Assembly (NCBI RefSeq): GCF_001194135.2 | Contig: NC_068993.1 | Span: 28,923,216-28,987,215, forward strand | Source of the DNA: Octopus bimaculoides | Lineage: Eukaryota | Length of the DNA: 64,000 nt | Direction of reading: 5' to 3' | In this document: positions 13,401 to 25,429 of the stretch, one piece after another | Position numbering within the stretch: position 1 is the stretch's first letter | Layout: each line of letters opens with the position of its first letter | The notes under the pieces: generated by a model | Told to the model about the DNA's origin: nothing | Seen by the model: only the letters and a program-made list of their open reading frames with translations | The model's database searches: none | Translations under genes and position numbers: made by a program

Positions 13401-13984
13401 ATTAATACTGTAGAGAAATTTCACTTAACCTGGACACTTTTAGATTTAAAACATTACAGCTAAATTAGGTAATGAAACATTACATATTACATTTTTTCAC
13501 CAGGCCTCTACCCTATCCTTAATGCCTTGTCTAAAAGCTGTCTTTTTAGCCTCATGGGTAATGTTATTAAAGATTTGAGGGGCTGCCCTTCTGTGTGTTT
13601 GTGTGACACTGTTATTTAGTAGCTTTGTGAATACATCATTATCTACCCTGAATTAATTTTTATGCATGGGATTAATTTTTCACGATGGTAGTGTCAGAGC
13701 CAACCCAAGGGGCATAACTCTAATGAAGAAAAATTTTCCTCCCTAGATTTCTTCCATGGTTTTTTTATTTCATGTTTTTAGTGCACCCACAAACCAAATG
13801 TGACACTTTCAGACATCCAGTGGCCAAGACGCATTGCCATATTTTGCCTACCAATCCTTCTGGTGAGTGCTGAGATTGGATTTCCTAAATCCTTGTGGAA
13901 AAAACTAATTGGAAAAAATCAGCTGAAATAAGTCTATGATGTTGTACTGTAGCACACATATGAATGCACATACACATATATCAA

Positions 13985-14214
13985 TGTATGTGTGCCTTTC
14001 AGACTGTGTTTGTCCTCCACACCACTTGACAAGTGGTGCATTCCCGTAACTTAACAGTTCATCAAGAGACCAATAGAACGAGTACTAGGCTTTGGAAAAA
14101 AAGTAATGGTGGTGGGGGTGGGGCAGCTATTTGTTCAACTAAAATTCTTCAACAGTGCTCCAGCATGGCCATAGTTTAATGACTGAAACAAGAAAAACAT
14201 AAAAGGTAAAAAAT

Positions 14215-14248
<34 letters not shown>

Positions 14249-14865
14249 GTCTATGACTTTTATCTTTAATTTCTTTTGGTCATAAAACTGAAGCCACACT
14301 GAGGCACTGCCTTGAAGAATTTTAGATGAACAAATCGACTCCCAATACTTATTTTTATTTTTTTAAGCTTGGTACTTATTCTATTGGCCTCTTTTGCTAA
14401 AACGCTAACTTATGGGTGTGTAAACATCCCAACATTAGTTGTCAAGTGGTGGTGGGGGACAAACACAGACACACACAGATATTATATATAGGTGCAGGAG
14501 TGGCTGTGTGTAAGTAGCTTGCTTACCAATCACATGGTTCCAGGTTCAGTCCCACTGCATGGTACCTTGGGCCAGTGTCTTCTACTATAGCCTTGGGCCT
14601 ACCAAAGCCTTGTGAATGGATTTGGTAGATGGAAACTGAAAGAAGCCTGTCGCACATACACACACACACACATATGTGTATATGTTTGTGTGTCTGTATT
14701 TGTCCCCCCATCATCGTTTGACAACTGATGTCGGTGTGTTTACGTCTCCGCAACTTGGCGGTTCGACGAAAGATACTTATAGAATAAGTTCTAGGCTTAC
14801 AAAGAATAAGTTCTGGTGTCAATTTGTTCGACTAAAGGCAGTGCTCCAGTATGGCCGCAGATCAT
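13985..14865. mobile_element. Cluster of three copies of an abundant tRNA-derived SINE: 13985-14200(+), 14250-14480(-), full copy 14503-14865(+)
   Basis: Head GGTGCAGGAGTGGCTGTGTG..GGTTCAGTCCCACTG, body CCTTGGGCCAGTGTCTTCTACTATAGCC, internal (CA/TG)n. The same family recurs at 20445-20540(-), 38687-38880(+) and 54790-54880(-). Confidence 0.85.
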
Positions 14866-15158
14866 ACTGGAGCACCTTCTCTCACTCTATACCAAACTAT
14901 ATTTAAAGAAAACTTCAATGAAAATCTCCAGACATGTTCTTAACCCCCAGATCTGCTTGTATTTCAAATTTTTATAAATTTTATAAAAATTTCAAATTTT
15001 TATAAATTTTTACTGATATTTGATAAGATGAGATTCATCATAACAAGTAATATTTTCTTTATAAGATTTTTAAAATAATTTTTATTAAATTCCCTCTTAA
15101 ATTGAAATGTCTTAGACTTACTTCTGTGCTATTTCCACCTCCATCTTTTACACACATA

Positions 15159-15213
15159 TCATCATCATCATCATCATCGTTTAACGTCCGCTTTCCATGC
15201 TAGCATGAGTTGG
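15159..15213 (-). mobile_element. RTE 3' tail running into an assembly gap
   Basis: (CAT)n CGTTTAACGTCCGCTTTCCATGCTAGCATG. Confidence 0.8.
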
Positions 15214-15484
15214 NNNNNNNNNNNNNNNNNNNNNNNNNNNNNNNNNNNNNNNNNNNNNNNNNNNNNNNNNNNNNNNNNNNNNNNNNNNNNNNNNNNNNNN
15301 NNNNNNNNNNNNNNNNNNNNNNNNNNNNNNNNNNNNNNNNNNNNNNNNNNNNNNNNNNNNNNNNNNNNNNNNNNNNNNNNNNNNNNNNNNNNNNNNNNNN
15401 NNNNNNNNNNNNNNNNNNNNNNNNNNNNNNNNNNNNNNNNNNNNNNNNNNNNNNNNNNNNNNNNNNNNNNNNNNNNNNNNNNNN

Positions 15485-15534
15485 GAGTTTCGGATGCTAG
15501 GGTGGGAGACCACGCCAACATCTCTTCAGTTATC
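15485..15534 (-). ncRNA. Type I hammerhead ribozyme, family A copy 2 (3' end lost in the gap)
   Basis: Minus strand: GAUAA CUGAAGA GAUG-UUGGCGUGG UCUC CCACCCUAG-CAUC C GAA ACUC, then the gap. Homologous to 58265-58325. Confidence 0.7.
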
Positions 15535-15729
15535 CGGCCAATTGAAAATTCCTGTGAAAAATGACTGTTAAAAACAAAGGGAAATTACTGTGTAGTGACA
15601 AAACACGTCTAAAACTGCGTATATTATCGCATGCACGCATATATCCATATACGCACGCACATTTCTCTATATACGAAACTTGGAGTTTTATCATGGCTAC
15701 TGAATAAGTGTCACATATTTCTACAGATA
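15485..15729. mobile_element. PLE pseudo-LTR fragment (-) with an inverted short 3' copy (15674-15729, +)
   Basis: 15485-15620 aligns with 58276-58390. 15674-15729 (CGAAACTTGGAGTTTTATCATGGCTACTGAATAAGTGTCACATATT..TACAGATA) aligns with 57958-58025. Confidence 0.7.
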
Positions 15730-15809
15730 AATTCTATTTGCATAATATCGAGGTCTCTTTCTTTCTTTTGTTGTCCTTCCTGTCAAATATATATATATAT
15801 ATATATATA

Positions 15810-17040
15810 CTAGCAAACAAGCCCCTCCTTTGGACAGTTTAAGTTGCTTTGGTGATATTTTTTTACCAAATAATTGAATTACCGAGAAAGTTTATGAGTA
15901 GCACAGCAATTTATGTTTCCAATTAACCTAGGAACAGAAAATCAAATTGAAAGCTGGTTATTGTGTATGTCTTGCACTTTAATGATCATAGAACATATAA
16001 GTTTGCAAGTGATGCAAAGTAAAGTTACTGAAGTGATTTGGGAGTAGATTATGGATAATAAGTACAAAATATAGTTGTTTTACATGAAAGCAAAATTTCT
16101 TGTCAGAAACAGCCACATAAATGGTAAGGAAATTGAAGGAAGACATTGAAACTTCCTCTGCGAGTTTATTTTATTCAACAGCAAAGGGAGCTATTTTTTC
16201 GGTGAGATAAGCTAACAAAAACCCCTTTATTCTGTCTTCCCACAAAGCTTGTGCATAAACTAACAGCAAATGCTGCATAAAGTTAAATTGGTATGGGGCT
16301 CTCTGAAAGACATGTATAGCTTTCGCTGGTGGAAGTAAAACTCTAAGTTAAAGGTTGATGCTTTGGGATGAATCATATGTGATTGTTTAAAAAGGCTAGA
16401 ACAACAATACTAAAATGTATTTGAAACAATGGACAACAGTCAAAATATCATAATGGATGGGTAAATAAGCATCCTTAAAGTGAAACAACGTATTGGTAGT
16501 TAAACAAAGGTATCAACAAATAGAAGAGAGGGAAGGGAACATCACCTTTCAAGTAACTCAGAATAGGTAAAGATAAACTTGCCAAAGTTTAATGCAGTTT
16601 AAATATGGAGATTAAGATTGTTTGGTATTGGATATTCATCGTGTACATTGTTCCTAGTCAATTTAATAACTATCACAGATGGACAGTTGAAATAAATAAA
16701 TAGACAAAATCCTTTCACTTTTATAAAAAATTAAAAAAGTATGGAAGACCATACATACAAAAAATCTATGTCCATTTATGCAGGAGCTCTGGGCAAAATG
16801 TTATAGTGCATGACCATCCTTGGGATATAAGTAATGTGTGTGTACAGTTTGGTGAAAATCGGTTGGGAATTGTGGAAATGTATGCATTCAGTGTTCCTAG
16901 TAAATTTAATCACCATTGCAGGTGGACAGATGAAATAAATAGACAAAATCCTTTCACTTTTATGAAAAAATTTTAAAAGTATGGAAGACTATACATAAAA
17001 AAATCTGTCTATTTATGCAGGAATTCTGGGCAAAATGGGC
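15810..17040 (-). mobile_element. Non-autonomous Helitron-like element with a 243-bp-period internal duplication
   Basis: Minus-strand end ...GGGGCTTGTTTGCTAG|T (CTAG at 15810-15813 next to (TA)n, preceded by a degenerate GC-rich hairpin). Duplicated units at 16649-16800 and 16892-17038. The 5' TC end was not located. Confidence 0.5.
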
Positions 17041-17099
17041 CTATGTGACTTACAACCATCCACACATACAACCACAAAAATAAAAGATAAAAATCAATT

Positions 17100-17560
17100 T
17101 TCAGATATTGGTTAGCTGCATGTTACAATAACTATGACAATGCAGGCCTGCCACTGTCCCTCACTCAGCTGTTTTCAAGCAACAGTTGAGTATAGATTTG
17201 TTACACTTGTATCTGAAATACCCCTAAAATGACTGGTAAAAAGAAAATGCCTTCATCTACAGATGCACCAGCTAAGAAGTCAAGGAAGGCTATTGATTTA
17301 GAATGTAAAATGAAAAGCTGAGCATATCATTCAAGATGTTGTGCATTGTTATCATAAGATATATGACAGAAACAAAAAGAAAAAACTATCCACACGAAAG
17401 CTCACCATGTTTCTTGAAAAACCATCTACCAAGAACATGACTGTGAAGGTAAAAAAATTTACTTTCATTTGCACATTTTTCACAGGAACAATTTTTTTTA
17501 TTGTATGCGTGTGGAATGGATTTCTTTGGGGTGGGATGCCTGAACTCGCTAGCCGATGAA
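17100..17560 (+). mobile_element. Internally deleted pogo/Tigger-like transposon relic
   Basis: MTGKKKMPSSTDAPAKKSRKAIDLECKMK (about 17228) resembles a Tigger N-terminus and is joined directly to CYHKIYDRNKKKKLSTRKLTMFL, which resembles the C-terminus. TIRs not identified. Confidence 0.5.
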
Positions 17561-17661
17561 TNNNNNNNNNNNNNNNNNNNNNNNNNNNNNNNNNNNNNNN
17601 NNNNNNNNNNNNNNNNNNNNNNNNNNNNNNNNNNNNNNNNNNNNNNNNNNNNNNNNNNNNN

Positions 17662-17723
17662 CAAATCGTCCAACCCATGGAAGGCGGACGTTAAACAATG
17701 ATGATGATGATGATGATGATGAT
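17662..17723 (+). mobile_element. RTE 3' tail
   Basis: CAAATCGTCCAACCCATGGAAGGCGGACGTTAAAC followed by (ATG)n. Confidence 0.8.
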
Positions 17724-17726
17724 TCA

Positions 17727-19157
17727 CACTATTATCCAAAAGTTTAAGATCACCTACATATTTCTTGACAGTAAGCCTTTTAGGGAATGTTGTCAAAAGC
17801 TTTTTAGTGTCCACTTTTTAGTGTCCACTTTTTAGACACATTGCCATACATTTTGATTATCTACACTTCTCATGTGCTGTCGGTTGAGAAAACATCACTT
17901 AATGACTGTGCTAAATGTGTTATTGTTTCCTTCAGGTTCAATTATTAAACATCAGAAAATTAGTAAAATTTCTAAAAATCAACCTAAATATGGGCAAGAC
18001 CAGTAATTTATCATCTGAAAAGAGACAAAGCATTATCACATTACGTAGTGAAGACTACAGTTTTCAAGATATAGCCGAAAAAGTAAAAATTTTCTACATT
18101 GCCGTCCATTACGCCATTATAAGGTATAATGAAACAGGAAAAAATAACAACAGAGCTTGATCAGGTCATCCAAAATTGACTTCTAAATCACAGGATAAGT
18201 TCATCATAGTCATCAGTCTTTGGAACAGGCACCTGACAGCAAATGAAATCGCTGCACAAGTGAAGCCAGCAGAGCTAATGTGTCTCCTACAACCATGAAG
18301 AGAAAACTCATTGCTGCCGGTCTAAATGGCCATTGTGCTGCCAGAAAACCACTGCTTCAACCTGTGAATAAATGTAAGCGACTCATATGGACCAGAAAAA
18401 CCTGGACTGTTGATCAATGGAAATGAGTCCTCTGGACTGATGAATCAAGTTTGAAATCTTCAGATCCCAGCGTATAGTTTATGTGAGGCAAAAAATTGGT
18501 GAACAGATGACTTTTGACTGTATAGTTCCAACTGGGGGAAGTGTGATGATCTGGAAATGTTTTGCAGGCAATAGTATTGGGGATATTCATTGGGTAACAA
18601 GAATATTGAACCAAAACAGGTATCACTCTATCCTCCAGTGTCATGCTATTCCATCTGCGATGAGGCTGATCGGTGATAATTTCGTGCTGATGCAAGATAA
18701 CGATCCTAAACATACTTCTAAGCTATGCAAAAACTATTTACAGAAGAAAATGGATGCAACAAATTGACTGTAATGGAATAGCCAGCCCAACCCCATCGAA
18801 ATTGTGTGGGATGAATTGGATTGCAGAGTCAAAAAACAACAACCAAGTAGTGCAGAAATGCTCTGGACACTCTTACAAGAGAAGTGGGAAAATAATACCA
18901 GCAAAGTATTTGCTTTCATTGGTCAAAAGAATGCCCAGAGTATACTCCACAGTGATCAAGGGCAAGGGCAGATTTTTTTGATGAGTCTAAGATTTAGAGT
19001 TTTTCATTCATTTTTCATAGTTTTGTTTAGTTGCTGAATTAATTATGTCATCCAATGAATGTAGCTATACATTAATAAAATATTTCACTAGAATCTCAGT
19101 TATTTCCATTTTGTAGATGTTTTTTTAAAAATAAGTTTAAGTCATCTTAAACCTTTC
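17727..19157 (+). mobile_element. Tc1 (DD34E-type) transposon, decayed
   Basis: TIR CACTATTATCCAAAAGTTTAAGAT, with right TIR ATCTTAAACCTTTC cut by a gap. Peptides MGKTSNLSSEKRQSIITLRSE, WTDES, GGSVMIWKCF, LMQDNDPKHTSK, NPIEIVWDELDCRV. Confidence 0.92.
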
Positions 19158-19727
19158 NNNNNNNNNNNNNNNNNNNNNNNNNNNNNNNNNNNNNNNNNNN
19201 NNNNNNNNNNNNNNNNNNNNNNNNNNNNNNNNNNNNNNNNNNNNGGGAAAATACTATGAATTAAGGCTCCCCTGAAATGTGAATACAAATGGAATAAAAC
19301 AAGTTTTGCATAAATCAGACAACTGTTTGTTGAAATATTAGGGGTTTTCAGGGTATAAATACACAAAACGGTGCATAATGAGAAAATACTCCGAAAATAA
19401 CTTAACCTTGAAAGGGAAGAAACTCTAACCTTTCGATTAGACACATTAGTGACTTGACAATGAAAAAATACGAGTTGTTTTTTACAGTAAATGTTTCTAT
19501 TTTCGCTTTTGTTAACACAATATTTCAATCATTTAGAAATATTTTTAAGAGAATGTGATTTCAAAAATGTAAGGTATTTGTACAGTAAGTATTTATATTT
19601 TAGCTTTCTTTAAACAGACAATATTTTTATGCTTTTTTAAATTATTTTCAAATGAATACCATTACAAAAATTTTTTTTGGCATATTTGAAAAGTATTTTA
19701 AACAGAAAATGACTTTAATAGTACAGT

Positions 19728-20203
19728 AAATATTTTGTAAAAGACCCATTCGTAACCGCGGTGTGAAATAAATTTTTTCCATAGTTTTTTTCCAAGTACA
19801 TTCAATATATCTCACCTCCAAATATTTGGCTGCTATTTCTAGCACGCCCTACTACCATGTAACGGCTATTTGTGATAAAAGGCCAGAAACACCTGTTACA
19901 TGGCATGCAAGAAATAGTAGCCAAATCTTTCCTTTTCTGGGGAAAGGAACCGTTTACACGTGATTTTGGTGTCACATTTGTTGAAAGCATGCAAAATAAC
20001 CTGGAAAAGAAAAAACAAAACTCACAAAACAGAATTCTGTTGGTGGGAAACTCCAAGGTTCCCACAACCCTTCCCCCTTTTCTTTTCCAGAAGAAAGTGG
20101 CTTGCGGTGGGTTTGGAGGTGAGATATATTGAATGCACTCGAAAAAGACCTGTGCAAAAAATTATTTCACACCGAAGTATGAATGGGTCCTTTATGAAAT
20201 TTT
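19728..20203. repeat. ~95-bp imperfect inverted repeat (19728-19822 / 20112-20203) enclosing a nested hairpin (19825-19925)
   Basis: GACCCATTCGTAACCGCGGTGTGAAATAA..CATTCAATATATCTCACCTCCAAA versus its reverse complement at 20112. Inner pairs TTTGGCTGCTATTTCT/AGAAATAGTAGCCAAA and CCATGTAAC/GTTACATGG. Confidence 0.85.
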
Positions 20204-20349
20204 TATCCAAGATCAGGACAGACATGCGAATAGAAGGGTTGATATGACTGATAAAGCAAGGGCTGAGCGTCTGGTGGAATAGAGGGAAAGAGACGTGTGT
20301 TTTTCAGGTACCCTGAACTATTGGTGATCCAACGGGTCAAGGATAGTCT

Positions 20350-20352
<3 letters not shown>

Positions 20353-20416
<64 letters not shown>
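20353..20416. repeat. (CA)n microsatellite, one of many (CA)/(TA)/(CAT) tracts in the window
   Basis: Direct inspection. Confidence 0.95.
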
Positions 20417-20420
<4 letters not shown>

Positions 20421-21499
20421 AGATACATACAGCAGGCTTTTTTTGTTTCTAATTACCAAACTATCTCACAAGGCTTTAGCTGACCTGGCACTATAGTAGA
20501 AGACATGCAATGGGACTGAACTCAGAACCATGGGCTTGGGAATACATGCACACTTGAATCTAAATATATATAAACTTGTACACACAGATACTCATATACA
20601 TTCAAAGACAAATAAATATACATACATGCTATACAACACACACACACACACACACAAATATATATATATATAAATACATACACATATAGATTCAACAGAT
20701 GAAATCCAGAGATTCTCAATACAGAAAACACTTACTGGCACTCAAATGATTCAAACTTAGACTCTGACATCTTTGTGAGAAACCAAGTATATGGAGAAAA
20801 GAGAGGTTATGAGAGGAATCCAGGTGTGCAGATATGGAGACCTTATGCATATAAACAAATAAAACAGCTTGGATTTTATTTCTACTTTAAACTTTTCTGC
20901 ATCATGATCTGAAATGTAAGATCTTTTTCTACCCTGAAGATGGGGGGGGGGGGGCTCCATTTATACAATGTTAACTTGTTTCCATTACTGGTGACATATT
21001 TTGGTGAACTACATCTACCAATATTGGTATGGATCTCCGAGCTCCCAGAGAGAGCTGTCAGACTTTTAACACCTTACCCCCACCCCTTTAATTTTCTCTG
21101 TTGTTTGTACCCTGCGGAAGTTTGTCCTGTTAATATACAAATATCTATATATTTATACTTCAATATTAATTGTCTGAAAATTTTCAGCCTTTGCTTTCTT
21201 TCTATTTATATCAGAGGTGACTCCATGTCATCAGTGTCACTTGGGCTCATCACAGATTTTGCCTAAGACACGTACATAAAAGAACATAAGAGACGTAATG
21301 CACGGATGATTTAACAGTAAGCAAGTTTGCTGCTTCTAATGAAAGAATGCCTCATATTTTTCCACAATATTTCTAGCCCCTAAATGGCTTATTTTTTTAT
21401 ATCTAGCACTATGTCTTTTCCCATTTCTAAGTTAAAGGTAAAAATAAGGCAACCATGCAAAACACAACTGACCTTTACACAGACGCACAGAATAATAGC

Positions 21500-21760
21500 A
21501 ATCAGATAATGAAAGCAAAGTGCACATCAAGCATCAGTGATCTGACTGTCACCTGTACTCTTGACAAGAGATTTTAGTCCTTTACACCTTACCAGGCTCG
21601 TTCGTATTAGTCCAAGTTACTATTGTATAACAGTAATCAAATAATGAAAGCAGTGTGCACAACAAACATCATCGACCTGACTGTTGCTTGTACTCTTGAC
21701 AAGAGATGTCAGTTAGTCCTTTTCACCTACCAGGCTCATTCATATCAGCTTGAGTTGCTA
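21500..21760. repeat. 135-bp tandem duplication, unclassified
   Basis: AATCA(G/A)ATAATGAAAGCA..TGCACA..CTGACTGT..TGTACTCTTGACAAGAGAT starts at 21500 and 21635. Confidence 0.85.
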
Positions 21761-22264
21761 GATATTTTTTTGTTCCTTTAAGAATATTGTAAAATGGAAA
21801 CTTTTCATAGATTGCAATTTAAATCCTAATCTCTATAGAAATTTATTATTTCAGGAAAAAATTTTAATTTAAATTACTTTTAATTTTTACAATTATAGAT
21901 AACAACTTGGGCTGTAACTTCTGAGCCCAAGTCAGGCATGTGTGAGCAATATTGAGAGAACGATATTTTTTGACACAGGACACCTCTAAGATGACTGCCA
22001 GACACTGAAGTAAAATAAATGAACTGTGACCAGGCTCAATAGCCTGAGTTATTGGCTGCAATTACATACTTGAAGTCAGTGTTGGCAGAAATTAAATCGG
22101 TTTGTAAATACACACTCACTTTACCAAATTTATACTTGGGCTAAGCCCGAACAGCCTGAGTGCTAAAGTCACCACTGATTTACATGTATGTATATGTATT
22201 TTGTACATCAAATCCAAGCTGTTTTATTTGTTTATTTGCATAATTGTCTACACACACACACCTT

Positions 22265-22445
22265 AGCTCTTAGATCCTCCAGTCCTGTCAGTATGACAAA
22301 CAATGAGCGTTCTCCAGACCTCCTGATTGCTTGCTTTTCTCTTGGCACCATTAAGCCAACTCCCAATTCTCTCATGTTATCTTGGAACATACTGTACCAT
22401 GTCTTCTGTGGTCTACCCACCAGTCTCCTTCCTCTTCTTAGCAAC
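22265..22445 (-). mobile_element. 3'-terminal fragment of another RTE-like LINE
   Basis: GRRLVGRPQKTWYSMFQDNMRELGV matches the RTE C-terminal GRP.KTW motif. Confidence 0.65.
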
Positions 22446-22559
22446 CACCCCATCACAATATATACATATATATTATCCGAAATGTATAGTATTGAATATC
22501 CATCACGGCTGATCTTATCAATCGGCTTCATGTAAAGCATACAATGGCGTGTTAGGTAA

Positions 22560-25275
22560 GAAACTGATTATATAACTATACGTTCATCAGAGTTAGCCAG
22601 TATGGAAGGGAATATGGTGACTGCTCTCTATTGTCAGAGGTGGATTAGCACAACCAGCCAGAAGCTGCTGTGAAAAAGGTGGTGGAATGAAAAAGGGTCA
22701 GGGGACTAGTTTAGGAGTTATGTCCCTTGGTTGGGTATGCTGTGAAACCAGCAAGAGTTATTTTGAAGTGGTGAAAGTATTATTAATGTGGTGCTCCTGT
22801 GGAGATGGGGTGTGTGGTATGTGTAGTGATGTCATCTATAATTTTTTCCAGGGGTGTAGGTATATACAGCTATGTTCATTGGTCTGTTTTCTTTCTGTAA
22901 TGGATTAAGTCATGTGGGGAGGGTTATGTTAGCATGTGTGTGTATATGTGTATATGTGGGGGTTCAATTTGTGTGAGGGTTGTGGGAGACAGATTATTTA
23001 TAGGAGTGTGCATGTGTGTATATGGGTACCTTGGCATGTGTACTTTGGTCAAACTCTTTTTGCTGGGCTCAAAGGCATTAGTAGAAGGTCGAGGCAGGGG
23101 ACCTGTGGTTGCAGTCATGGTGGGGCATGCAGGTATGATGGAATGTACTTCCTTTCATGCAGGAAAGGATTAAACACCTCATTCCTGCTATTCAGGTAAA
23201 CATCCAGGTGTTGCTCTCTTCTTAGCCAGGCATAATTTGCACTTCCTGCTGCTATTGAAGTATGGTTTGCATCTTTCTAAGATCTTCTACTTTATGCTGT
23301 ACTCCATCGTGCTTTTTTTCAAAGTCCAGACGTGCTTAGCTAGGGTTGTGGTGTTACATCTCTCTGGGATGTTCAATGAGGACTTGTGGTTATTAAAGTT
23401 GGTTCTGAAGGAGTCTTCCATTGCCCCCTAATACTTCCGCATGCTTTATTGTCCAATGGGTCCTGTTGCTGTTATTTCTGCCTCATAAACAACTGTTTCC
23501 ATATTGCACAAGTTGACAAGTTGTGCTACCCTGTATGAGCATCCTGCCTCAGCCTCGGGTCTGGGCCTACCTACTAAAATCTTTTTTACACTGGGTGCAC
23601 AGCTAAAGGATAATCTCAGGGTGTGTCTATTAAATATTTTGTTGAATCTATTAGTACGGGTGAAGTGTCTGTCAACTAAACTAAGGAAGATCTTACCTAC
23701 TCTGATCCTAATGTTTAAAGTGAATGGCAGCGTGAACCACAGTACTTTCTGGTGGCGCTTTCTCTTGTGGGGGCTAGGGTCTGGCATGTAACTAATATTA
23801 TCCTTGAAACCGTTGACAGCCAAGCACCCGGTTGTAGTACGAGTCAGCAGCATCAAAGATTTCTTTACTTGAAAACAAGCTGGAGATTCTCCTACTGACA
23901 CTCTTAACCAGCTTCCTGAACACTATGGCTGGATGGCAGGAACCTGTGTTAATGTAAGACAACTTCTCATTTGGTTTCCTAAAGAGCTATAGGCACTGGA
24001 TTCCAGGTCTAGGGTCATGTCAAGGAAATCTACCATTTTCAGGTTGGTCTCTATAATGACCTTCAGTCTGAGGGAGTTTATGGTACTTGCTGAGGTCCTT
24101 TCTGAGCCTATCTAGCATGTGGCCATTAGCCTTTCTTGATATTACCAGTGTGCCATCCCTGTAGAGGCCAAAGCTAGTTGAAGGGAATTTCTTTTTCAGT
24201 ATATCTGGAATGAAGAGACCAACTAGGTCACATACATCCGCACTGTCAAAGGCACCCATTGCCACATTGAAGGAACCCTCTGAGTCAGTGCATTTGGTCC
24301 AAGCAGACCCCTTACTGAAGATAGGGTTCTTCTGACATGCATGATAATGTGTATGCCCTCGTCACTGACTTCTGTATGGGCCCTAGCAAAATTCAGTGAT
24401 TTTAACAGGAGCTCCCTTGATATAGATGGGTAGAAGTCCACTATATCAAATTGGGTAAACCTAGCTCTACCCCTACCATTGTTGGCCTTAAATCATGTAA
24501 TGACTTCATTAGTATTGTGCCATGGGGTGAGGTCAGAGGCGTTTCTAACACCATTACTGATCTTCTTGATGAGCTGTTTGCTCACCTGTCTGATATCAGA
24601 CTTTGCTGGATTTATCAACCTGCATTTACGGTTAGAGGCAAAGTTAGGCTTATGATCCTTGATTGTTATGAAGGCCTCTTTCTTCACCAGCATTTCTATC
24701 CTATCTTCGATGTCTAGTTTAAAAGCTATATTCTCTGGCCTCCTGGTTAATACCATTGTACGTCTGGTGGGTAGCCCTTTTGTATACCTGTGTAATGCTG
24801 TTGTTAAGGAGGTGTGTGTATGTGTCATTACTTACTCTTTATAAATTTTTTGTTTTGTCGGAGAAGAGAATGGTCCTATCAGAAGATTTAAGCTTGCGGA
24901 TGTCTGCTCTAAGTTTACTTTGGAAAGGGTTTGAGGACTTACGAAATTTCAGGTGGGATATGTTAACAGGTATCATATATATATACATATATGCACACTC
25001 ACACATATGCACATGCACAAACACACACATATTTACACATATACACAAAATACATACATGCATACAAATAACAAGATGCTTATCAACCTGTCTGAATCAA
25101 AGTATGGTTGAACTAGGATCCTTGGAGAAAAAACTAAGATTTATAATTGTACAGATGATCAAGGCATCTGGGGTTTTAAAAATCTGAAAGGTGAATAGTT
25201 GTGCATGCTCATAAAGTGAACAACACACATTAAAAGAAAACCTTTTGTATAGCATCTTTCCACTGAGCTGAGTCT
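22560..25275 (-). mobile_element. Penelope-like element (RT + C-terminal GIY-YIG; Hydra-clade-like), decayed; ORF about 25275-23140, then a putative 3'UTR
   Basis: TILFSDKTKNLYK, AFITIKDHKPNF..CRLINPAKSDI, DFYPSISRELL, MGAFDSADVCDLVGLFI, GLYRDG, KVLWFTLPFTLNIRIRVGKIFLSLVDRHF, TVVYEAEI, LNSRNE. The clade assignment is inference. Confidence 0.88.
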
Positions 25276-25429
25276 GCATAAAATAAACTCAACAACTCAC
25301 TACAGAAAGAAAAGCAAACATGCTTACACATAAACACATACATGTGCACATGCATATACAACCACACACACCCAATAGAATTTTTGGTCAGCCAATCTGT
25401 GACAAAATTAGAGAAATTGAAATAAAATT

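Noticed and set aside
20940-21290. Possible PLE pLTR with TCATCAG (about 21227) and the palindrome CTGAAAATTTTCAG
   Set aside because: No consistent helix II links the core to a GAAA, so it is left unclassified.
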